DNA of 13,845 bases from Octopus sinensis. Taxonomy: Eukaryota. Of this stretch, positions 1-7,670 are shown one piece after another. Where the stretch lies: NCBI RefSeq assembly GCF_006345805.1, contig NW_021825919.1:1-13845 (forward strand). Direction: 5' to 3'. A program made the position numbers and the translations under genes. Within the stretch, counting starts at the first letter, position 1. Every line of letters starts with the position of its first letter. The notes below the pieces were generated by a model. It made no database searches. It had not been told where the DNA came from and saw only the letters and a program-made list of their open reading frames with translations.

Positions 1-9
1 TTGTAAGAG

Positions 10-815
10 GCGGGGGCGGAGTGTATAGTAGATCTCTATCAAGGTGGTTTTTTTTTTCATTCAACCATAGGGTATCCATTTGTTGAGCTATTTTGATGTT
101 CCAATGTGGTATCTCTCTATATATAAACGGCAAAATGTCTGCGTGCATGTCCTTTATACAAATCCACAATTTTTCAGTTAAAGGGCTTGCACTTTCTATG
201 GTCATTCAAAACCATCCAAGGGTGGTCATGCACATCTTTACATTTCCCCAGTCACCCCGCAATGCCATTTAAAAAAATCAATAGAAGTGACTTTTTTGTG
301 AATTTTCTATCCAAAACCCAATCAAAATTCCCAAAATTTGATACGTCAATTGAATGCCAGCTAGCTGTATGTGATTGGTCAGTGATTTGGACAGTACTCG
401 CATGTATGTGCGCACGCACGCAGCTGTATATGCATGCACTAGCAGTATGACCCGGCGTTGCCGGGTCATAGTTCTAGTAAATAATATTGAACAAGTGTTT
501 AATTCTTCTCTACAATTTGTTTTGAAAGTGGCCCTCAGCTTGGTTGGTGTCAATCACTGAAGGTCATCTGTAACCTTTCTCAATTTCAAGGCTTTTATCA
601 CCACTACAGAATTTTTGGAACCAATGTTGAGTTAATCCTTCATTGACAGTCCTCTGCCAAGAGGTTTCTCTTGCGTTTCATAATTAGCGTAAATAAATGG
701 AACAAAATCTGTACTTGGGAATGGTATATTACATGAAGATAAATAAAAGTTTATTCCAAAACAAACATCAAAGTTTAAGATAACAAAAGCCACCATTATT
801 TTTGAACCAACCTTA
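10..815 (-). mobile_element. Degenerate mariner (Hsmar1/cecropia-like) DNA transposon, 5' part, interrupted by Helitron copy 1 (mariner sequence at ~10-111 and 478-815)
   Basis: Minus strand reads TA|TAAGGTTGGTTCAAAAATAATGGTGGCTTTT (TIR 815-785, TA at 816-817), similar to the Hsmar1 TIR TTAGGTTGGTGCAAAAGTAATTGCGG. 647-549 translates VNEGLTQHWFQKFCSGDKSLEIEKGYR*PSVID (cf. Hsmar1 ANERTVQWWFKKFCKGDESLEDEERSGRPSEVD). 105-67 translates IGTSK*LNKWIPY (cf. IGKVKKLDKWVPH, the WVPHEL linker). Stops and frameshifts show it is dead. The left boundary is approximate. Confidence 0.9.
112..477 (+). mobile_element. Non-autonomous Helitron, copy 1 (366 bp)
   Basis: 5' TC(TC)nTATATATAAA; 3' hairpin TATGACCCGGC-GTT-GCCGGGTCATA (446-470) then CTAG (474-477). 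Inserted between A111 and T478 with no TSD. Roughly 90% similar by eye to copies at 8046 and 11465. Confidence 0.92.
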
Positions 816-884
816 TACACTGGAATCTTGTAGATAATTTATGCAGATAATTTATATGTCTGTTATTGGTTAGTCATTGCACAG

Positions 885-1017
885 CTTAGTAACACAATAT
901 TCTCAACAAGACATGCCAATCCCACCTAACATTAATAATCATTACCTGTTGGTTGGCACCACTCCACTTCATATCAGAAGTGATGATGCCAGCAAAGTCG
1001 AAAAATCAAAAGCACAG
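885..1017 (+). CDS. Candidate internal coding exon (133 nt, phase 2 to 0): LVTQYSQQDMPIPPNINNHYLLVGTTPLHIRSDDASKVEKSKAQ; product unknown
   Basis: Non-repetitive segment with acceptor ...tcattgcacAG (883-884; alternative AG at 872-873) and only one open frame. It ends CAG|GTTTAT, a weak donor. End phase 0 fits exon 7671-7702. Confidence 0.35.
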
Positions 1018-1074
1018 GTTTATGGTTATCAACAATTATGAAGATTAAAATTTAGAAAAACATTGACTCATCTC

Positions 1075-1300
1075 TCATATATATATATAATGGTTATAGG
1101 TTATGTATATGTACATACATGCATATATATTATAAGCCTGTATATGTGTGTGAGTATATGTACCCACACATGTATGTATCCATGCACACACACACACACG
1201 TGTGTATCTATGCACACACTTATGTACATACAAATAAACACATATACATATATTTACATACATGCACACACAGATTTGTATACTTGCATATGTGTGTTAG
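1075..1300. repeat. Degenerate TA/TG/CA low-complexity tract
   Basis: Interspersed (TA)n, (TG)n and (CA)n runs. Confidence 0.8.
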
Positions 1301-1598
1301 GTATGAAAATTATACCTTTTTTTATTATTCAGATAGTATATAGGACCACCTTGAGTCATAAATTCACTGCTCTACATTTTTTTTAAAATATGGTATGGTA
1401 TGATTCGAAAGAGATTTGGCTGCTGTTCCTAGCGGCTCCTGCAACTTCATAGCTGCTCTGTGATGTTTACATATAGCTTTTGTGTTAAATGTTAACAGTT
1501 GCTTGATTCTCAAAGACAAGCAAAGATTTTAATTGGTTGAATGTGTACCTGCCAAGAGGCAACTGTTGATTTTAGGAGTTATTTATCTAAATATGAAC

Positions 1599-1614
1599 AA
1601 CACGCACACGCACA

Positions 1615-1647
<33 letters not shown>
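1599..1647. repeat. (CA)n microsatellite
   Basis: Direct reading. Confidence 0.95.
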
Positions 1648-1649
<2 letters not shown>

Positions 1650-2285
1650 ATAACTCTGCCCATGCAAGTGTATGACTTAGTGAATGTTTCTTGGCTGTTG
1701 ATGAGAGAATTTGCAGGTTTCATGTTTGTCGCTGAGCCACATTTGTGATATTGCGATGTGAAAATTTGGCCTAAAATTCTTAGGTCAACGTTTTACACTC
1801 AACAACAATAAAATGGCTGCCAAAACACAAAAAGCAAAAAGACAAAAAAAAATCTGAACTTGTTCTCCCTCCCCCCTCTCTCTCTCTCTCACACACACAC
1901 ACATGTACAAAAGTAAAAGAAATGATTGGTGACAAGAGGAGAAAAGAAAGATAAATATTGCAACTGATACTTTATAACAGCTGTTAGTTGTAATACTGCC
2001 AGATTCAGCTGGTGTCCAAGATTTCACCCTGTCAATATATCATAGCTCCGGGTTAATTTATTTGAATGCCGGTCACTTCATGTAGCTTCATGTTATGTAT
2101 GTAGCAACTGCGGCTGTTGTTGTTGATTACTATTCATACTGGCCTAAGGTGGTGAGATGGCAGAATCATTAGCACGCCAGGCGAAATGCTTAGCAGCATT
2201 TGTTGGTAGTTACGTTCTGAGTTCAAATTCCACTGGGGTTGGACTTTGCCTTTCATCCATTCAGGGTTGATAATATAAGCACCAA

Positions 2286-2660
2286 ATCGTTTGTCTTTAC
2301 GTTCTGAGTTCAAATTCCGCTGAGGTCGACTTTGCCTTTCATCCTTTCGATAAATTAAGTACCTATTTCTTTACTACCCACAAGGGGCTAAACACAGAGA
2401 GGACAAACAAGGACAGACAAACGGATTAAGTCGATTACATCGACTCCTGTGCGTAACTGGTACTTAATTTATTGACCCCGAAAGGATGAAAGGCAAAGTC
2501 TACCTCGGCGGAATTTGAACTCAGAACATAACGGCAGACGAAATACGGCTATGCATTTCGCCCGGCGTGCTAACGTTTCTGCCAGTTACGTACTGGGGTC
2601 GATCTAATCGACTGGCCCTCTCCCACCAAAATTTCATGCTTTATGCCTAGAGTAGAAAAG
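2286..2660 (+). mobile_element. SINE family B, 5'-truncated middle copy (2286-2363 and 2584-2660), flanked by a 14-bp TSD
   Basis: AATATAAGCACCAA is at both 2272-2285 and 2661-2674. Body TACGTTCTGAGTTCAAATTCCGCTGAGGTCGAC...TAAGTACC continues as AGTTACGTACTGGGGTCGAT after the inner insertion. Confidence 0.88.
2364..2585 (-). mobile_element. SINE family B, near full-length inner copy in reverse orientation
   Basis: The reverse complement reads CTGGCAGAAACGTTAGCACGCCGGGCGAAATGC...GTTCTGAGTTCAAATTCC...GCCCCTTGTGGGTAGTAAAGAAATA, collinear with the + copy at 6555-6785. Confidence 0.92.
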
Positions 2661-3126
2661 AATATAAGCACCAATTGAACACTGGGGTCGATGTAATTTT
2701 AACAAATATCAGGCCTTATGCCTATTGTAGAAAGGGTTGTTCAAACTGGTTTGGTTTGTAATTTCTTATTTCAGACACAACTGCAAATATGAAATGTATC
2801 TTGCATCTTCAGGGTGGGCTCTTTAGTGTCTTCACTTTTTTCTTGCCTGAACTGAAGGGAAAGTCGTTATTATTAGTTCTCAAAGGGATGTTGCACCCAT
2901 CCTGTGCAAATAAACACCGGTGCAGCCAACAGCTCTTTGATAACCTCTGGCTTGTAGTGCTTGTAACTCTTGTGTTCCTCATTGTCCTCCTATCATTACA
3001 ATTATTTTACAGACATCCTATAGTCTTTTTCCTCTCATTAGAAGCTCCACCTCATCCTCATTACCACCACCAAGATTAGTATTAACATCATCACCATGAC
3101 AACTGATCCAGTAACATTATCTTATC

Positions 3127-3175
3127 CTCATCATCATCATCATCACTACCACCAAAACCATCACCACACCATCAT
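3127..3175. repeat. (CAT/CAC)n trinucleotide low-complexity tract
   Basis: Direct reading. Confidence 0.8.
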
Positions 3176-3270
3176 ATGTCCATACCATTCCATGCCAGCA
3201 TGGTTCTGATGGGTTTCTTTGGCAATGTTTTATGACTGGTTTCCCTTCTTGCTGCCACCATTTTAATCAC
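3172..3270 (-). mobile_element. Highly degenerate fragment of (GAT)n-tailed retroposon family C/D
   Basis: The reverse complement contains GGTGGCAGCAAGAAGGGAAACCAGTCATAAAAC...GAACCATGCTGGCATGGAA...GGACATATGATG, resembling the family tail GGAAGGGCATCCAGC...CCATGCCAGCATGGAA...(GAT)n. Confidence 0.55.
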
Positions 3271-3405
3271 CTCTTGTGACACAAAATATACCTGTTTTAG
3301 AGTTGGAGTACACAATACATACATACATACATACATTACATACATACATAAATATATGCATGCATGCATCCATACATCCATCCATCCATCCATCATGCAG
3401 AACTG

Positions 3406-3581
3406 TTAATTTCTACACATTTTTCCTCTCCCTGTTTTTTCTTTCCTTCTCGTCACTTCTGCTGAAGAGCATAGGCTTGAAATGTCAAAGACTTTTCCAT
3501 TCTTTCCGAGTGTCAAACTAATACACTTGTTTCTTGTTCCCTCACTTGTCTTTGTCTTTTGTTTTCTATAAATTTGAATTA
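3406..3581 (+). repeat. Dispersed repeat P, copy 1 (Penelope-like terminal repeat fragment)
   Basis: Collinear with 4237-4433; shared core GAAGAGC(A/G)TAGGCTTGAAA..TCAAAGACTTTTCCATTCTT. The CTG..GAAG...CGAAACGT layout is typical of Penelope-like element terminal repeats (inference). Confidence 0.6.
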
Positions 3582-3611
3582 CATACATACATAGAAGCTC
3601 TTGTATATACA

Positions 3612-3754
3612 AGCTATTTAATGCTTTTTGGGTCTGCAATTGCCTATATTATTGAGTCAGTTATTATCATTTTTAATTGTTACACTAGATAATAACAGAG
3701 TCAGTAATATCTAAGCAAATACTTTCTCCTGAATTATTTGCTCCGAATTGAAAT
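3612..3754 (+). repeat. 143-bp direct repeat, copy 1
   Basis: AGCTATTTAATGCTTTTTGGG...CTCCTGAATTATTTGCTCC..ATTGAAAT is repeated at 4038-4180, about 85-90% identical by eye. Confidence 0.9.
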
Positions 3755-4037
3755 TATTTTCGCACTGGTGGCTGTCATGTTTCAGCACAAAGTCCTGGCT
3801 TTCCATCAAGGTAACATGTGCTGAGGAAGGTGAATCTATAATGCCAGTCTAGAAACTGGTCCACATGAGTCCAAATACTTGAATGTATATTAAAAGATTA
3901 TCCAGGCCCTTTTGCCTGCAGACGGTTGAGTTTTGTAGTTATCATCAGTTGTTTTCGGTGATTTAAATAAGAGTTTTGACTGTTATTTCCAGCAGGTAGA
4001 CATACTTGGTATGTGCTTTGATTAATTTTAATCCTTC

Positions 4038-4180
4038 AGCTATTTAATGCTTTTTGGGCCTGTAATCACCTATATTATTGATTCTGTTATTATCATTTTT
4101 AATTGTTACACTAGATAATAATAGAGTCAATATTATCTTCACAAATGTTTACTCCTGAATTATTTGCTCCATATTGAAAT
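4038..4180 (+). repeat. 143-bp direct repeat, copy 2
   Basis: Matches 3612-3754; ends at a (TA)n tract. Confidence 0.9.
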
Positions 4181-4236
4181 ATATATATATATATATTTTC
4201 ACCCTTATACATATATATATATATAATGTTGAACCA

Positions 4237-4433
4237 TTAATCCCTACATATCTTTTTCTCTTTTCGTCTTTTTTTCATTCTCTCTCCATTTCTTTTCCTT
4301 TCAATTCTTTCTGTTGAAGAGCGTAGGCTTGAAACATCAAAGACTTTTCCATTCTTCCTGAGCATTAAACTATAGCACCTCCTTGTTGTTCCCTCACCTG
4401 ATATCATTTTCTGTTTTCTCTAAATTTGAACTA
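4237..4433 (+). repeat. Dispersed repeat P, copy 2 (Penelope-like terminal repeat fragment)
   Basis: Collinear with 3406-3581; hammerhead-like layout at 4306-4343. Confidence 0.6.
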
Positions 4434-4478
4434 TATATATATATATATACTGAGAGAGAGAGAGGGAGAGAGAGAGAA
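4432..4478. repeat. Compound (TA)n-(GA)n microsatellite
   Basis: Direct reading. Confidence 0.9.
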
Positions 4479-4497
4479 ATCTATCAATAGATAAATA

Positions 4498-4835
4498 TAT
4501 GGAAATTGTAGTTGTGATACCCGTGTCAGTGGCATGTAAAAAGCACCATCCAAACATGGCTGATGCCAGCCCCACCTTGACTGGCATCCGTGCCGGTGGC
4601 ACATAAAAAGCACCACCTGATCATGGCCGTTGCCAGTTTTCTCTGGCCCCTGTGCTGGTGGCACGTAAAAAGCACCCACTACACTCTTGGAGTGGTTGGT
4701 GTTAGGAAGGGCATCCAGCTGTAGAAACACTGCCGGATCAGACTGGAGCCTGGTGCAGCCTCTTGGCTTCCCAGGCCCCGGTTGAACCATCCAACCCATG
4801 CTAGCATGGAAAACGGATGTTAAATTATGATTATG
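4498..4835 (+). mobile_element. Retroposon family C, longest copy (three internal GTGCCGGTGGCACGTAAAAAGCACC-like modules; (GAT)n-type tail)
   Basis: Modules at 4523-4547, 4590-4614 and 4652-4676. The 3' part TTAGGAAGGGCATCCAGCTGTAGAAAC...CCAACCCATGCTAGCATGGAAAACGGATGTTAAA is shared with copies at 5896, 6882 and 9268. The tail resembles RTE-type LINE 3' ends (inference). Confidence 0.85.
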
Positions 4836-4844
4836 TGTAGGTTT

Positions 4845-5053
4845 CTGTTACCCTGTCTTGACATTATGTGATAGTTGTAAAATGATAGTCATTTTCTTTC
4901 ATTGCCAATATTCTGCTATGAGGAAATATTATCATGCTTAGAAATAGGTGAGAGTTGGTAACAGGATGGGCATCCGGCCGTAGAAAATCTGCCTTAGGCA
5001 AGTTCTGTCTGAACCATGCAAGCATGGAAAAGTGGACGTTAAGATGATGATGA
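4845..5053 (+). mobile_element. Retroposon fragment (family D) sharing the family C-type tail
   Basis: 4954-5053 GTTGGTAACAGGATGGGCATCCGGCCGTAGAAAATCTGCC...GAACCATGCAAGCATGGAAAAGTGGACGTTAAGATGATGATGA. The upstream body differs from family C, and the 5' boundary is uncertain. Confidence 0.65.
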
Positions 5054-5075
5054 GTCCATTATATGCATGAGTTTC

Positions 5076-5079
5076 TATG

Positions 5080-5110
<31 letters not shown>

Positions 5111-5165
5111 ATACATATGTACATACACACACACAAGTGTATGTATATGTATGTGTACACACACA
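5076..5165. repeat. Compound (TG)n/(CA)n microsatellite
   Basis: Direct reading. Confidence 0.85.
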
Positions 5166-5628
5166 TATGGGTAAGCAATGTATGTTAATATACATGCATC
5201 AAAGTATATTGTTTTAGTTCTCTCAAAATGTCACAAATCTATTCATTAATTCAATTCAAATCAATCAAGCTTATTGCCATTGTTAGTAGGTTTTCTATGA
5301 AAAATGGATAATAGATGGAGAAAAAAAAAGTATAAAAAGAAAAAGATCGATGATACTACCCCCGGAGGGAATAGACTCACACTTTTGTTGATTAAGCAGG
5401 CACAATAACTATATATAATAAAGGTGCATGAAATTAAGAACTCTCTCTCATTTTTCTCTCTGTTTGTCTGTATATCTTTGTTTTGTCTTTGTCTCTATGG
5501 ATTTGCTGATGTCTGTCTTTCTATATGTCCGTGTGTGGTGTCTGCCCGTTTGTCTGTGTCTGCTGTCTGTCTGTCTCTCTCTTTATACTATTGTGTATGT
5601 GTACGTATACATGTTTATGTGTGTGTGT

Positions 5629-5632
<4 letters not shown>

Positions 5633-5688
<56 letters not shown>
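5633..5688. repeat. (AT)n microsatellite
   Basis: Direct reading. Confidence 0.95.
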
Positions 5689-5691
<3 letters not shown>

Positions 5692-5895
5692 ATATGTGAA
5701 ATGTTTCTCTGTTCAAGGGTATTTTTACCCCATTATTTACATGGTATTATTATTCATAGCTTATCTGCTCTAAGATCCAATGTTTCAAAGAAAGAATTAT
5801 TTCATGTTCTCCTGAAATTCTTATGATTCAACAGTATATATATATATATGTATGTATGTTTGTGTATAGGTGTGTGTGTGTGTATAAATATATAT

Positions 5896-6074
5896 GTAAA
5901 AGCACCCACTACACTCTCAGAGTGGTTGGCATTAGGAAGGGCATCCAGCTGCAGAAACTTTGCCGGATCAAGATTGAAGCCTGGTGCAGCCATCTGGTTC
6001 GCCAGACCTCAGACAAATTGTCCAACCCATGCCAGCATGGAAAGCGGACGTTAAACGATGATGATGATGATGAT
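5896..6074 (+). mobile_element. Retroposon family C, 5'-truncated copy with (GAT)n tail
   Basis: GTAAAAGCACCCACTACACTCTCAGAGTGGTTGGCATTAGGAAGGGCATCCAGC...GGACGTTAAAC(GAT)n; collinear with 4665-4830. Confidence 0.9.
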
Positions 6075-6086
6075 TATGTATATACA

Positions 6087-6453
6087 GGCACAGCCGTGGC
6101 TGTGTGGTAAGAAGTTTGCTCCCCAACAACATGTTTCTGAGTTCAGTCCCACTGAGTGACACTTTGGGCAAGTGTTTTCTATTATAGCCTTGGGCCAACC
6201 AAAGTCTTATCAGTAGGTTTGGTGCATGGTAACTGAAGGAAGCCCGTCGTCTGTGTGTTTGTGTGTGTGTATCGCTTAACAGCCAGTGTTGGTGTGCTTA
6301 CATTTCCATAACTTAGTGGCTCAGCAAAAGAGACTGATATCATGATATCTAGACTTTGAAAAAAAAAATCCTAGGATTGATTTGTTCGATTAAAACCCTT
6401 CAGCGGGTGCCCCAACATGGCCACAGTCAAATGACTGAAATGAGTTAAAGATA
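6087..6453 (+). mobile_element. tRNA-derived SINE family E with CORE-like block and internal (TG)n
   Basis: Head GGCACAGCCGTGGCTGTGTGGTAAGAAG...GAGTTCAGTCCC (A/B-box-like), then ACTTTGGGCAAGTGTTTT resembling CORE CCTTGGGCAAGTCACTT. The 5' part recurs at 10537-10675. The 3' boundary relies on recall of the octopus family. Confidence 0.75.
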
Positions 6454-6491
6454 ATATATAGCTTGTTGACGTACAGTTAATATAGAAATTG

Positions 6492-6547
6492 TGTTAGTAA
6501 TTTGGCCACTATACATTCGGAAATGTATAGTAGCCAAATTACTAACA
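6492..6547. repeat. Inverted repeat: 26-bp arms (1 mismatch), 4-nt loop
   Basis: TGTTAGTAATTTGGCCACTATACATT (6492-6517) / CGGA / AATGTATAGTAGCCAAATTACTAACA (6522-6547). Confidence 0.95.
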
Positions 6548-6554
6548 AATTAAA

Positions 6555-6785
6555 GGCGGCGAGTTGGCAGAAACATTAGCATGCCGGGCGAAATGCGTAG
6601 CCGTATTTCGTCTGCCGCTACGTTTTGAGTTCAAATTCCACCGAGGTCGACTTTGCCTTTCATCCTTTCGGGATCGATAAATAAAGTACCAGTTACGCAC
6701 TGGGGTCGATGTAGTCGACTTAATACCTATGTCTGTCTTTGTTTGTCCCCTCTATGTTTAGCCCCTTGTGGGTAATAAAGAAATA
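6555..6785 (+). mobile_element. SINE family B, full-length copy
   Basis: GGCGGCGAGTTGGCAGAAACATTAGC...TTTTGAGTTCAAATTCC...GCCCCTTGTGGGTAATAAAGAAATA; the same family as the 2364-2585 minus copy. Confidence 0.92.
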
Positions 6786-6881
6786 TATACATTTGGAAAT
6801 GTATCTTTAGTCAGATTATTCCTTTGTGGAGTGCTCTCTACTTTTAATTAAATTCTGTTTTTTGTATGTATTTTTTAAATA

Positions 6882-7041
6882 TTGGCATTAGGAAGGGCAT
6901 CCAGCCATAGAAACCCAGCCAAAACAGACTAGAACTTGGTGCAGCTCCCCAGCTTGCCAGCTCTGGTCAGACCATCCAACCCATGCCAGCATGGAAAATG
7001 GATGATTTAAGGATGATGAGGATGATTATGATGATGATGAT
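6882..7041 (+). mobile_element. Retroposon family C, 3' fragment with (GAT)n tail
   Basis: TTGGCATTAGGAAGGGCATCCAGCCATAGAAAC...CCAACCCATGCCAGCATGGAAAATGG...(GAT)n. Confidence 0.85.
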
Positions 7042-7250
7042 TGGAATTTGTGAGCAATGAGCATTGCTAGTTATAGGTTTCTCAAGATGGCAAGAATGAC
7101 AAGTGACAGTCTGTTTTCTCTTGTTGGGGCAGAACAAATATGACAAGGAAATTTGGAAGATCAAGTTTATCAGTTTTGTTGCCAATGTACACATCTTTTG
7201 GTGATATGCATTACCAACAACATAGCATGACAGCACAGACAGACAGACAA

Positions 7251-7253
7251 ACA

Positions 7254-7313
<60 letters not shown>
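7251..7313. repeat. (AC)n microsatellite
   Basis: Direct reading. Confidence 0.95.
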
Positions 7314-7316
<3 letters not shown>

Positions 7317-7670
7317 ATTATGTATAGTACAACGTTGCCCAACATAGTTTTCTGTCTACTTAGAAAGGTATGATGACACTCACCTCTCTTCAGCTGAACA
7401 AATTATCATTTGGAAATTGAAAATAATAACTTGTTGCCATTTAATTTTGGCTATGAACGAAGAATCTATCTTTCTCTATGATAGAATATATATCTCTTTG
7501 ATTTAAGCTCACAGAAAACAAAACAGAATTTAATAGTGTTACAGTAATGTTGTTTATAACTAGAGATAACTACAGTTTGTATGTTTACAAATCATTAACA
7601 GTAACCATTTAAATCAGTTGTAATATGTTTGGGTCATCATATTTGACCTGTACAAAGGCCTTTCTTACAG

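Larger units (their letters stand above)
2148..2735 (+). mobile_element. tRNA-derived SINE family B, outer copy (2148-2285 and 2661-2735), split by nested insertions
   Basis: Head GGTGGTGAGATGGCAGAATCATTAGC...GTTCTGAGTTCAAATTCC (B-box-like) matches the intact copy at 6555. The body resumes after the duplicated AATATAAGCACCAA as TTGAACACTGGGGTCGATGTAAT...CCTTATGCCTATTGTAGAAAG. Confidence 0.85.

Noticed and set aside
187-560. ORFs 187-450, 278-553 and 375-560 and their paralogues 7943-8233, 11421-11639 and 11625-11810
   Set aside because: They lie in the non-coding Helitron copies, and starts, stops and frames are not conserved between copies. Only the KLRAT...EELN piece of 278-553 reflects mariner relic sequence.
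948-974. GTTPLH in candidate exon 885-1017 suggesting an ankyrin repeat
   Set aside because: The following residues (IRSDDASKVEKS) lack the ankyrin A...G....V..LL pattern.
2789-3079. 96-aa ORF with a hydrophobic stretch, preceded by a good acceptor at ~2773
   Set aside because: No recognisable domain, it runs into (CAT)n low complexity, and no phase-compatible donor links it to the exon chain.
3786-3810. 25-nt AG...GT segment (tttcag|CACAAAG...TCAAG|gtaaca) as a micro-exon; similarly 7328-7367
   Set aside because: The splice-like signals are plausible, but neither fits directly after the phase-0 end of exon 885-1017 to rejoin the chain. Such motifs are frequent by chance, and RNA evidence is needed.
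3775-3876. Minus-strand peptide IWTHVDQFLDWHYRFTFLSTCYLDGKPGLCAET*
   Set aside because: It looks protein-like but is only 33 codons, matches no family I recognise, and has no supporting partner exons. A BLASTx would settle it.
1409-3996. Similar 27-nt motifs AAGAGATTTGGCTGCTGTTCCTAGCGG (1409-1435) and AAGAGTTTTGACTGTTATTTCCAGCAGG (3969-3996)
   Set aside because: About 7 mismatches in 27 nt. Possibly relics of a repeat family, but too short to call from this window.
4523-4676. Repeat-spacer pattern resembling a CRISPR array
   Set aside because: It has only three degenerate units, the spacers resemble each other, it lies inside a eukaryotic retroposon, and there are no cas genes.
6336-6349. 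Perfect 14-bp palindrome GATATCATGATATC
   Set aside because: About one such palindrome is expected by chance in a 14-kb AT-rich window.
7078-7140. FLKMARMTSDSLFSLVGAEQI, reminiscent of the PIF/Harbinger transposase N-terminal motif
   Set aside because: Only 21 codons, similarity does not continue past the stop, and no TIRs were seen.
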